The position numbers and the translations under genes were made by a program. A model generated the notes under the pieces. That model ran no database searches. It saw nothing but the letters and a program-made list of their open reading frames with translations, and was not told the DNA's origin. A DNA stretch of 64,000 nt from a bacterium (GTDB taxonomy: Bacteria > Patescibacteriota > Minisyncoccia > Phycocordibacterales > VMGT01), in NCBI GenBank assembly GCA_030697645.1, contig JAUYPI010000003.1, positions 318-64,317 on the forward strand. Direction: 5' to 3'. The stretch's first letter is position 1, and each line of letters opens with the position of its first letter. Below, piece after piece: positions 1 to 8,614 of this stretch.

Positions 1-3
1 GAC

Positions 4-585
4 TTGAAAATTCCGTATTTTACTTTTTGGGGGACTTCGCTGGATAATGTTACCAAAAGGCCGTCGTCGGAAGTTAAATTTCTGCTGAATCTTTTTGAAC
101 GGGATTTTAAAAAACTGATTAAAGATAAAAAAATTTATCAAAATGGCGTGAAGGTTAATGTTTTTGGCCGCTGGGAGAAACTATTTCCTGAAAAAACCAA
201 AAAGGCCATAAAAGAGGCAATTGAAAAAACTAAAAATCATAAAAACTGTCAACTGACTTTTTTACTGGCTTATAGCGGCGTTGACGAAATGGCAAGCGCA
301 ATCCAGAGGATTGCTAAAATAAAAAATCAAAATGCAAAAATCAAAATTGATGAGAAATTGATTAAAAACAATCTTTGGACAAAGGATTTACCGGCCGTTG
401 ATTTAATGATTCGCACCGGCGGTGAAAGGCAAGGGTGGTCGCATTTTTCCAGCGGTTTGATGATGTGGGACATGGCCGACGCGCAATTTTATTTCACCAA
501 AAATCTTTTTCCGGATTTCTCGGTGGCGGAATTTAAAAAAGTTATAGCGCAATACAGCCAAACCAAGAGGAAAATGGGAGCATAA
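4..585 (+). CDS. uppS: Undecaprenyl/isoprenyl diphosphate synthase (5'-truncated at window edge)
   Basis: Motifs S-x-DN-x-x-KR-P-x-x-EV, DLMIRTGGE, and F..PDF at the C-terminus; AT-rich codon usage. Confidence 0.9.
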   Translation: MKIPYFTFWGTSLDNVTKRPSSEVKFLLNLFERDFKKLIKDKKIYQNGVKVNVFGRWEKLFPEKTKKAIKEAIEKTKNHKNCQLTFLLAYSGVDEMASAIQRIAKIKNQNAKIKIDEKLIKNNLWTKDLPAVDLMIRTGGERQGWSHFSSGLMMWDMADAQFYFTKNLFPDFSVAEFKKVIAQYSQTKRKMGA

Positions 586-652
586 AGCAGAGAGTCAGTT
601 TGACAAACTTTCCCGATCCTCTATCATTTATTATTAGAAACCTTGAAAGGGG

Positions 653-889
653 GTGGGGACAATGAGAAGGATTCTCATCAAGGTTTGGCAGGGGGAGTTA
701 AGTCCCAAACAAGCTCTGAAGGAGCTTGAAAAAATGGGATTTAAATTTGCTGCCGGTAAAGAAAAGAGGGGGCTGGAGGTACTTACCGCCTTAAAAAAAA
801 AGGAGGTCAATGTTAATGAAGCCGAAGAGGAGATTGCGCTTCTTGAATGTGTTGGGTGCCAGAGAGAAAAGGATCTCTGCCAAATCTAG
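653..889 (+). CDS. Small hypothetical protein
   Basis: 78-aa ORF after TTGACA(600)-N16-TATCAT with an AAGGGG SD-like run; no recognisable family. Confidence 0.55.
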   Translation: MGTMRRILIKVWQGELSPKQALKELEKMGFKFAAGKEKRGLEVLTALKKKEVNVNEAEEEIALLECVGCQREKDLCQI

Positions 890-963
890 AATCTCCCTCA
901 AAAAGCCCGCCGAAATCTTTTAAAAAAATAAAAGAAAGTAAGCGGGCTCACCTATTTAGGTAG

Positions 964-1037
964 GCCGCGGTAGCTTAATGGTAAAGCAGGTGCCTGAAGA
1001 GCATCTGAAGGCAGTTCGATTCTGCCCCGCGGCACCA
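964..1037 (+). tRNA. tRNA-Phe (GAA)
   Basis: Cloverleaf with GCCGCGG/CCGCGGC acceptor stem, anticodon arm GGTGC-CTGAAGA-GCATC, GTTCGATT T-loop and encoded CCA. Confidence 0.95.
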
Positions 1038-1179
1038 CAAACGAACTGAAAGGTTTTTTAGAAGCCCAAAGGTGGGACGCGCGAAGCGCGTCCCACTGAT
1101 TTCCCCCCATTTTTCCAAACGAATTCGGAGTCCCGCCTTCGGCGGGACGGACTGTTTTTTCGCCAAGAAGCAGGTTCGA
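1030..1179. repeat. Left arm of ~150-bp inverted repeat (partner 2758..2907)
   Basis: Reverse complement of 2758..2907 with a few mismatches; begins at the tRNA 3' end CGGCACCA. Confidence 0.95.
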
Positions 1180-1368
1180 AATCAGAAGCAATTTTGACAT
1201 AGTATTTGCTTTGAATACAAAAAGAATTTTTGTCCTTTTTTCAAAAGTGGTATACTAACTTTGCGCACAATTATTATTAGTAAATCAGCAGAAATGGTTG
1301 TGCTAGAACAATTTTGATTTACGTTGAAATTGTGCGCCTAGTACAACCATTTCTGCTTTTGTAAATAT

Positions 1369-3102
1369 ATGTCACAAAAATTCTTTTTGTATGCTCGCAA
1401 GAGTACCGATGTCGAGGACAAGCAAGTTTTGAGCATTGATGCGCAAATTACGGAATTGCGCGCTTTCGCCAAAAATGAAAAGTTAGAAATCGTTGAGGAG
1501 TTTGTAGAAAAGCGTACGGCGAAAATTCCAGGTCGTCCCATTTTTGGCGAAATGATGAGGCGAATAGAGAAAGGTGAAGTGTCTGGGATTATCAGTTGGC
1601 ATCCCGATCGTTTGGCGCGCAATTCTGTGGACGGCGGACAGATTGTGTACTTTCTCGACATCGGAAACCTTGCGAGCCTCAAATTCCCTAGCCATTGGTT
1701 TGAAAACACGCCACAGGGCAAATTCTCGCTGTCTATGGCATTCGTACAAAGCAAATACTATGTTGATTCTCTTTCCGAGAACACGAAGCGTGGACTTCGC
1801 CAAAAAGTGAGAATGGGGATATTCCCAAGCCAAGCGCCAGTGGGTTATCTGAACGACAGTAGAACAAAGACGATAGTGGTGGAAAAGAAAAAATCTCGTA
1901 TCGTGCGCTTGGCTTTTGAGAAATACACGAAAGGAAATATGAGACTGGAAGATGTTTCAAACTTTTTGGCGAAGAACGGAATCAGTACGCGTTCCGGAAA
2001 GAGAATCTCAAAAACTAGAGTGTCTTTCATTTTGTCCAATCCGTTCTATGTCGGACTGTTTAACTACGCAAAAGAATTGCACGAAGGAAAACACGAGCCA
2101 ATCATTTCAAAGAAACTTTTTGATGAAGCACAAGAAATTTTGAAATCTCGCGGACAACCAGAGCGTAAACCACAAAACGAACCTCAACCTTTTTGCGGAC
2201 TTATTTCTTGTGCTTCTTGTGGAATGATGATAACTGGCGAACACAAATTCAAACGGCAGAAAAATGGAAATGTCCACGAGTATATCTACTATCACTGCAC
2301 AAAAAAGCGAAAAGTTTTTAAGTGTCCCGAATCTGCCGTTAGAGAAAAAGAATTGGATCGCCAGTTATCATCCCTAATCAAAAAAGTTTCTTTGCCCAAA
2401 GACTGGGCGGAGGAATTATTGAAAATGGCGAACAATGACCACAAAAATTCCGCCCAGTCTTTGACTGCTTGTGTGAAAGAGAAAGAGGAAAAGATTTCTT
2501 CTTTGTCGAAAAGGTTAGAGCGACTTCTTTCGGGTTATCTCGACCAAGATATTGAAAAGGAAATTTATCGTGTTGAAAAAGGAAAATTGATTTTGCAAAA
2601 GAAGTCGCTCGAAGAAGAAATCACTAATCTTTCACACAAGCAGAATGATTGGCTCGAACCGTTTACCGAGTGGCTGAAAGACGCACAATCATTGGACAAA
2701 ATTGCTTCTGATGATGACCTTTTTGCGAAAAAGGTCAAAGCCAAAGAAATCTTTGGCTCGAACCTGCTTCTTGGCGAAAAAACAGTCCGTCCCGCCGAAG
2801 GCGGGACTCCGAATTCGTTTGGAAAAATGGGGGGAAATCAGTGGGACGCGCTTCGCGCGTCCCACTTTCTGGCTTCCAAAAAGCCGTTTAGTTCGTTTGT
2901 GGTGCCGGAGGTGGGACTCGAACCCACAAGCCTTTCAGCATGCGATTTTGAGTCGCACGTGTTTGCCAATTTCACCACTCCGGCGCGAGGTTTTTTGCGG
3001 GCAGATCTACCAATGCCGCCACCCCGGCGCTGTGCAATGTACGGATTAGTGGTTTCAGTATATATGCTCCGGTGTATTTTTCAAACTCTCTATTCAAAGT
3101 AA
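1369..3102 (+). CDS. Large serine recombinase (resolvase + recombinase + Zn-ribbon domains)
   Basis: YARKST catalytic Ser motif, GRP.F..M, DRLARN, NPFYVG, HEPIIS, CASCG...YYHC Zn ribbon, coiled coil; the last ~65 codons run antisense over tRNA-Leu. Confidence 0.95.
   Translation: MSQKFFLYARKSTDVEDKQVLSIDAQITELRAFAKNEKLEIVEEFVEKRTAKIPGRPIFGEMMRRIEKGEVSGIISWHPDRLARNSVDGGQIVYFLDIGNLASLKFPSHWFENTPQGKFSLSMAFVQSKYYVDSLSENTKRGLRQKVRMGIFPSQAPVGYLNDSRTKTIVVEKKKSRIVRLAFEKYTKGNMRLEDVSNFLAKNGISTRSGKRISKTRVSFILSNPFYVGLFNYAKELHEGKHEPIISKKLFDEAQEILKSRGQPERKPQNEPQPFCGLISCASCGMMITGEHKFKRQKNGNVHEYIYYHCTKKRKVFKCPESAVREKELDRQLSSLIKKVSLPKDWAEELLKMANNDHKNSAQSLTACVKEKEEKISSLSKRLERLLSGYLDQDIEKEIYRVEKGKLILQKKSLEEEITNLSHKQNDWLEPFTEWLKDAQSLDKIASDDDLFAKKVKAKEIFGSNLLLGEKTVRPAEGGTPNSFGKMGGNQWDALRASHFLASKKPFSSFVVPEVGLEPTSLSACDFESHVFANFTTPARGFLRADLPMPPPRRCAMYGLVVSVYMLRCIFQTLYSK
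2758..2907. repeat. Right arm of ~150-bp inverted repeat
   Basis: Reverse complement of 1030..1179; ends in the 3' end of tRNA-Leu. Confidence 0.95.
2900..2984 (-). tRNA. tRNA-Leu (CAA)
   Basis: Minus strand GCCGGAGTGGTGAAATTGGCAAACACG-TGCGA-CTCAAAA-TCGCA, long variable arm, GGTTCGAGTCC, CCA end. Confidence 0.95.
3007..3028 (-). pseudogene. Remnant 5' end of a tRNA-Leu-like gene
   Basis: Minus strand GCCGGGGTGGCGGCATTGGTAG resembles a tRNA-Leu acceptor/D-arm start, just upstream of the intact tRNA-Leu. Confidence 0.55.
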
Positions 3103-3107
3103 AGAAG

Positions 3108-3139
3108 GCCCCCTGTCGCAGAGGTCTGCGACAGGGGGC
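3108..3139. terminator. 14-bp perfect hairpin between convergent genes
   Basis: GCCCCCTGTCGCAG-AGGT-CTGCGACAGGGGGC. Confidence 0.75.
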
Positions 3140-3149
3140 GAAGCGTGGC

Positions 3150-4742
3150 TTATGTTTGGACCAAAGGTGCCGCAGTGCGAATCGGCGCTATCGTGTCGAA
3201 AATAATTTCACGATGGGCGGTCCATGTTTCTCGTATTGCCTCGGGCGTCCCAATACCGGCGGCGCATGGGCCGCACGGGCCGAACCAGTGGTTTTGTGGC
3301 GCGCCGGTGGTTTTGGCTCGTAGGCCGACGTAGGTTGTTCCATTCGTCGTGTGTCCGAGCATGGTGTTCAGAAACCCGTGCTCATTTGAAACAATCGCCG
3401 CAGCGAGGCGTGGCTTAATGTGCTCAATGATGCGGAGCAAAAGCTCGATATGCTGGTCGCCGTAGGTAGTGATGATCTGTAAGGGCCCAAACAACTCTTT
3501 GGTAACCAGATCAAAATACTTGGGCAGCTCTAAGCGGCGAAACGGGACAAAGATCGCCGTCGGTTCGAACGCGCCATACGTATTCGGTATGGTGTGGTTT
3601 TTGAGCCGTTTGCCACCCCAGAGAATGTATGTGCCGCTTAATTTGAGGATTGCGGCGATGTGCGCCTCCACGTACTCGTTTGTCACTGAGAGCAGCGGGC
3701 CATTGGTGAGGTCGGAGAGCGTCCGTGTGCTCGCACGGATTTGCAGTGCGTCATAGAGCCGGTATGCCTTCTCGTGGACAAAGAGCAACGATTGCGCAGA
3801 GCATTTTTGCCCTGCCGCCGCGTATGCATCCTGATCACACTGCCAGGCGACGTATTCGAGCATGTCATCGCTCACATCGCGTCCTATGACTTTCGGGTTG
3901 AAGCCGGAGTCCTCGAGCTTCACTCTGCCTCGAAGCTTTCGCATGAGAGCCGCGCCGACCGCGGATGAACCAGTGAACTGGCACAGAGCAATGTGTTGCT
4001 CTGCGGCGTCAATAAACGCAGCCATATGCTCGCCGCTGCAATGGATGAGATCGACGTCGTGTGCGGACAAGCCACAGGCGAGCAAAAGCCGAATGAATTG
4101 TTCCGCAACGATTGAGACCTTCAGATCCGCCTTCAGGAGCGGTCGGTTTCCAGCGAGGAGCGCTCCGACGACTTGAAGTGCGGGGATCTCGAGCGGGAAG
4201 TTAAACGGCGTGATAATGACAACCGGACCAAGCGGCCAGCGGTACCCATTACTCTCCTGCCCCGCGTGATTGCCGGGAGTGGAAAATCCTCGGCCGAAAT
4301 GAAAACGAGGATTATCGCCGGCAAAATTGTAGAGAAAGTCTCTCGTTACCTCTACTTCCCCCATGCACTGCGGGAGTGATTTTGGCATGACACGCTGTAT
4401 GAGCCGCGTGAAGAAATATGCAATGTCGGGATCGGCAAGCGCTCTCGCCGCTCTACTGCATACGAGCCCGAGCCCGCGGTAGCGTTCCACGTTGCGAAAC
4501 GGATTGTGAAGACCGTAAGACGGACAGGACCGAAGGCCTTCTATAAAACTTTCGAACTTCACCGGAGGCGTGTCGGGGATGCTGATCATGCCTGCTCCGG
4601 TGAGCGGGTCCGGCATGAGGTGCGTGAGTGAATTTTCAACGAACCAGAACTTTCCTTCTGAGAGGTTCATGGCGAATGCGGTGCACCCTGTCGCTTTGTG
4701 CCGCATCGTATCCGGATCAAGTGTTGCAAACGATAGATCCAT
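3150..4742 (-). CDS. Aldehyde dehydrogenase, ALDH12 / plant-type P5C dehydrogenase
   Basis: ITPFNFPLEIP, FTGSS, LEDSG, AGQKCSAQS, ELFGP and the ALDH12-type tail NGTTY.G..AKTTGAPQNHWFGP..GIGTPEAI. Confidence 0.9.
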   Translation of the reverse strand: MDLSFATLDPDTMRHKATGCTAFAMNLSEGKFWFVENSLTHLMPDPLTGAGMISIPDTPPVKFESFIEGLRSCPSYGLHNPFRNVERYRGLGLVCSRAARALADPDIAYFFTRLIQRVMPKSLPQCMGEVEVTRDFLYNFAGDNPRFHFGRGFSTPGNHAGQESNGYRWPLGPVVIITPFNFPLEIPALQVVGALLAGNRPLLKADLKVSIVAEQFIRLLLACGLSAHDVDLIHCSGEHMAAFIDAAEQHIALCQFTGSSAVGAALMRKLRGRVKLEDSGFNPKVIGRDVSDDMLEYVAWQCDQDAYAAAGQKCSAQSLLFVHEKAYRLYDALQIRASTRTLSDLTNGPLLSVTNEYVEAHIAAILKLSGTYILWGGKRLKNHTIPNTYGAFEPTAIFVPFRRLELPKYFDLVTKELFGPLQIITTYGDQHIELLLRIIEHIKPRLAAAIVSNEHGFLNTMLGHTTNGTTYVGLRAKTTGAPQNHWFGPCGPCAAGIGTPEAIRETWTAHREIIFDTIAPIRTAAPLVQT

Positions 4743-4975
4743 CTTTCTTCCTCCTCATATCTTACGAATGTGCGTGTTTTGCCGAGGCCGTCGGGCGGGG
4801 CGGTGTCGCTGTAGCTATATGAGCATAAAATCCCCTTGTGCGCAATAGACTTCTTCGGAAACTCCTTACATCGTATAAACGTGGTATAATGTAGACATGC
4901 CGCAAAACGAGTCTCGATGTGCGAAGTCGTTTATCAGTCATCAGTCTAGCAAAAGTTTTTTCAAAGAATAAAAAT

Positions 4976-6121
4976 ATGAACTCGAAAGGCGCAATCACTA
5001 CCGTCGTAGTTGTTGGGGTCGTGCTGCTTGTCGGAGTGGCGGGCTTCCTTGCGTTGAGAGAACGGGCGTTGTCGCCCGTGCCAGCCCCTTCACCGACTCC
5101 AATGCCTACTCCAATCCCGACACCAACCCCTGCTCCGACACCTACTCCCATACCAACCCCAAAGCCTTCCCCATTACCTAAACTGGCGGCGTTTGAAGAC
5201 CAGATCACCCTCACGGTTGGCGAGAGAGTAAAATTTAGCGATGGCTTGGTCGTGACGCTTCTCGAAATAAACGATTCGCGTTGCCCAGCACCACCAGTAG
5301 TTTGCGTATGGGAGGGCGAACTGGCGCCGGTGTTGCGCGTCACGGGCGGCACTATAGGTAAGGAGGTCAAGGAAGTCCGCCTCGGAACCGTGCGCGCAAA
5401 GAGTGTCATTGAAAACGGCTATGGATTTGTATTGGATGGTGCAACCATGACGATGGCAACGGTCGCAGTAACAAGGAAAGAAGGAGACGTATCTTTGCAA
5501 GAAGGAGAGCGGGAGGGTCCGTTTTTACTCGAAAAAATTTATCCTGACCACGTCACCGGCCTCAATTTTCTGGAGTATCCTGTAGCGACCAACGTCGGGC
5601 ACCCTCTCGCTCTGCGGGTCGGCGAGAGCGCGAGTAACGGCTGCACCGTAACGCTCACCCTCACTCGCATAGAAGGCGAGACTGCCACGTTCAGCAAGGA
5701 AACGGATTTTGACCGGCCGTGCCCGATATGCCTTGCCGGCGCTACGCTGCTTGATACGCCATCGGGATCAGTGACAGTGAAAGATGTACACGTCGGCATG
5801 CCGATATGGACGACTGATATGAATGGCCATCGCGTCCCCGGAGTCGTGATCAAGACTTCGAAAACGCCGGTGCCGCTCACACACCTGATGACCCATTTAG
5901 TTTTGAGTGACGGGCGAGAACTCTTTGTCTCCTCCGGACATCCGACTACTGACGGGCGCGTCGTCGGCGACCTCAAGGCCGGCGATGTGTATGATAGTGG
6001 CGTCGTAGCGAGCGCTGAGCTCGCTCAGTACGGCGAGAGCGCAACGTATGACATCCTCCCCTCTGGAGAAACAGGCTTCTACTGGGCGAGCGGCATTCTC
6101 CTCGATAGTACGCTGTATTAA
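4976..6121 (+). CDS. Membrane-anchored secreted protein with Pro/Thr linker and C-terminal Hint domain
   Basis: N-terminal TM helix and (PT)n tract; Hint block A CLAGATLLDTPSG starts at 5729; block B SSGHP; TYDI...FYWASGILL at the end. Confidence 0.8.
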   Translation: MNSKGAITTVVVVGVVLLVGVAGFLALRERALSPVPAPSPTPMPTPIPTPTPAPTPTPIPTPKPSPLPKLAAFEDQITLTVGERVKFSDGLVVTLLEINDSRCPAPPVVCVWEGELAPVLRVTGGTIGKEVKEVRLGTVRAKSVIENGYGFVLDGATMTMATVAVTRKEGDVSLQEGEREGPFLLEKIYPDHVTGLNFLEYPVATNVGHPLALRVGESASNGCTVTLTLTRIEGETATFSKETDFDRPCPICLAGATLLDTPSGSVTVKDVHVGMPIWTTDMNGHRVPGVVIKTSKTPVPLTHLMTHLVLSDGRELFVSSGHPTTDGRVVGDLKAGDVYDSGVVASAELAQYGESATYDILPSGETGFYWASGILLDSTLY

Positions 6122-6184
6122 AGCAGGTGCTTCGTACTGTGAATTACGAAATTGTAAGACATTCGGGTCCCCCGTTCCAGTCTG

Positions 6185-6327
6185 AATTTCGAAATTCCAA
6201 AAAACCCGTCTCCAAACAAATCTCAATACTTAAAATCCAATCTCCAAACACGACGTGCGTGTTTGGAGATTTGATGCATTGGAATTTGAAATTTGGTTGG
6301 AGCTTGTTGGTTGGAGCTTGGAATTTA
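6185..6327. repeat. Heptamer-periodic hairpin element, TTGGAAA/AAGCTCC type
   Basis: Near-identical (reverse orientation) to 26146..26288 and 29619..29776; central ACACGACGTGCGTGT. Confidence 0.9.
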
Positions 6328-6417
6328 TTTGTTTCGGATTTTGTGTATCGAATGTTTACGTCGGCAATTTCGTTATTCACAGTAGGGTAGATTAGAGCGG
6401 AGCATGGCGGTACGTTT

Positions 6418-8376
6418 TTACACCCCGATGAGGACCGGGATGACCATGGGTCTCTTGTTCGTTTTCTGGAAGAGGAAGCGGCCGACGGCGTCGGTCACGG
6501 CGCCGCGGATGTAGTCGAAGTTGATCGGGCGCATATTCTCGGTTGCGTCCTCGATCGTCTTTTTGATGATGAGCCGCGTCTGGCCGAGGAGCTCCTGCGA
6601 CTCGCGGAGATAGACGAACCCGCGCGAGACGATGTCCGGCGACTTGCGGAGCTTGCCGGTCTTCGGGTTCACGCTCGCGATGATGACGAACATGCCTTCC
6701 TCGGCGAGCATCTGGCGGTCGCGGAGCACCACCTCCTGCGTGTCCCCGATCGAGAAGCCGTCAACGAGGATGACGCTCGAGGGCGCCTGCTCGCGACGCA
6801 CGACGATTTTCTCCCCGCGCTCGATTTCGATCACCATGCCGTTGTCGGGAATGACGACGCTCTGCGGCTTCATGCCGCGCGCCTCGGCGATCGCGGCGTG
6901 TACGCGGAGCATGTAGTGGTAGCCGTGAATCGGGATGAAGAATTTCGGATTGATGCGGTTTTGGATCCAGATCGTCTCCTCGCGATTCGCGTGCCCGCTC
7001 GCGTGGACGTCCGCGACCTGGTAGTGGATGATCGCCGCGCCCTGGCGCGAGAGGTTGTCTTTGAGCTTCTGCACCGCACGCTCATTGCCCGGGATGATCG
7101 AGGAGGAGAGGAGGATCGTGTCGCGGTTCGTAATTTTGAAGAATTTGTTCGTCTTGTTCGCCATGCGCATGAGGGCCGCGAACTCGTCCCCCTGCGCGCC
7201 AGTCGCGAGCACGACGATTCGGTCTGGCGGGAGCTGCTCCATTTCGGGAGCGCTAATCAGGGTGCCGGGGCGGGTTTTGAGGAGCCCGAGCTCTCGCACG
7301 ATCTCGACGTTCGTCTTCATGCTCCGGCCTTCGATCACGACTTTTTTATTGTAGCGCTCGCAGATTTCGACGATCTTGATGATGCGCTCAAGCTGCGAGG
7401 CGAAGGTACCGATAATGAGCCGGCTGGGAACGTTTTTGATAATCTGTTCGATATTTTTGTGGACAACCGGTTCTGGTATCGAGAAGCCCGGCCGCTCGAC
7501 GTTCGTCGAGTCGGACATGAGAAGCAGGACGTTCATATTTTTGAAGACGCTGTATTCTTTTTCTTCTTTCTCGCTCGGTACGCCATCGAGGTGGTCAAGC
7601 TTGAGGTCGCCGGTGTGGACGATCGCGCCGTAGGGCGTTTCGATGATAATGCCCATCGCGTCGGGGATCGTGTGGGTCACCGAGAAGAACCGCACCTTGA
7701 GGCCGCCCAGGGTAATGGATTCTTCCTTCTCGACAACGCGGATATCGAGCGGCGGCAGATGCGGAAATTCTTCCTGGCGCTTTTTGATCATTACGGTCGT
7801 GAGGAGTCGGGAGTAGATCGGGGGATTACCGATCTTTTCGAGAATGTAGGGGATGCCGCCGATGTGGTCGAGGTGGCCGTGGGTGACGAGGATCGCGCGG
7901 ATTTTATCTTTGCGCTCTTCAAGGTAGCTTGCATTCGGCAGGATGTAGTCAATGCCCGGCGTATCGTCGTCACGGAACTGCACGCCCGCGTCAACGACGA
8001 TGATATCGTCGCGGAATTCGATGAGCGACATGTTGCGCCCGATTTCCTCGACGCCGCCGAGGGGAATGATGCGCACGGTGTCAGGCGCCGGCGGGGGGAT
8101 TGGCATACTCCGCGAGCGCGACAAGCCGCGCCGCTCGAGGCGCTCGCCGCGCCTGTGCTCTCCGGTCTGCCGCACGAGGCGGCGCGTCTCGCGCGGTGGG
8201 CCGCCGCCTGCCGCTCGCCGCGGGGCGGGCCTTCCCCCTTCGGGACGGGGCGCGTGGCGCGGAGCGCGGTGATCGAACCGAGAGCGGCGGCGGGCCTGTC
8301 TCCCGCCGCCCGGTCCCCGTCCGCCGCTCTGCGGCGAAGAGGAGGGGCGGGAGTTGTTTGGGTGTGTTGGGTTCAT
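6418..8376 (-). CDS. rnj: Ribonuclease J with Arg/Gly/Pro-rich N-terminal extension
   Basis: IPLGGVEEIGRNM, THGHLDHIGG, HTGD.K.D, HASGH, RPMVIP. Confidence 0.95.
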   Translation of the reverse strand: MNPTHPNNSRPSSSPQSGGRGPGGGRQARRRSRFDHRAPRHAPRPEGGRPAPRRAAGGGPPRETRRLVRQTGEHRRGERLERRGLSRSRSMPIPPPAPDTVRIIPLGGVEEIGRNMSLIEFRDDIIVVDAGVQFRDDDTPGIDYILPNASYLEERKDKIRAILVTHGHLDHIGGIPYILEKIGNPPIYSRLLTTVMIKKRQEEFPHLPPLDIRVVEKEESITLGGLKVRFFSVTHTIPDAMGIIIETPYGAIVHTGDLKLDHLDGVPSEKEEKEYSVFKNMNVLLLMSDSTNVERPGFSIPEPVVHKNIEQIIKNVPSRLIIGTFASQLERIIKIVEICERYNKKVVIEGRSMKTNVEIVRELGLLKTRPGTLISAPEMEQLPPDRIVVLATGAQGDEFAALMRMANKTNKFFKITNRDTILLSSSIIPGNERAVQKLKDNLSRQGAAIIHYQVADVHASGHANREETIWIQNRINPKFFIPIHGYHYMLRVHAAIAEARGMKPQSVVIPDNGMVIEIERGEKIVVRREQAPSSVILVDGFSIGDTQEVVLRDRQMLAEEGMFVIIASVNPKTGKLRKSPDIVSRGFVYLRESQELLGQTRLIIKKTIEDATENMRPINFDYIRGAVTDAVGRFLFQKTNKRPMVIPVLIGV

Positions 8377-8432
8377 AAAGGGGTCAGATTTTTGATTATA
8401 GTTTTGGTTTTTATAAGCAATGACATTATAAC

Positions 8433-8556
8433 AATTTTCAAATTTTCAATTTTCAATCAATTTTCAATTACTCAATTTTCAAACACGACGTCGCCGCAAC
8501 TCAGTCATTGAAACATTGAAAATTTATTGAAAATTGATCCTTGAAAATTGAAAATT
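8433..8556. repeat. Heptamer-periodic hairpin element, AATTTTC/TTGAAAA type
   Basis: (AATTTTC)n - ACACGACGTCG core - (TTGAAAA)n; many copies in the window. Confidence 0.9.
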
Positions 8557-8614
8557 CGCATGAGTAAGAATCTCCGTTCTCTGAGACTGCTAGAGGCGGT
8601 TCGACCGAGAGCGC

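Larger units (their letters stand above)
952..1179 (-). pseudogene. Orphan copy of the recombinase C-terminal coding segment, reading antisense through tRNA-Phe
   Basis: SNLLLGEKTVRPAEGGTPNSFGKMGGNQWDALRASH..ASKKPFSSFVVP is near-identical to the C-terminal part of ORF 1369..3102. Confidence 0.8.

Noticed and set aside
5072-5175. Pro-Thr coding repeat as a DNA repeat element
   Set aside because: Codons are varied; it is an ordinary protein linker.
6127-6390. ORFs such as ..NFQFSI../..KIENCKL.. over intergenic repeats (also 24518, 26193, 38162)
   Set aside because: Translations of the heptamer hairpins, not genes. The same applies to apparent N-terminal extensions on rplE, rplO, rodA and ftsH in the ORF track.
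6898-8511. 537-aa plus-strand ORF and similar long shadow ORFs (for example 21538..22230, 55680..56333, 60562..61320)
   Set aside because: Antisense shadows of GC-rich real genes (rnj, valS, ftsH, purL) with no protein motifs.
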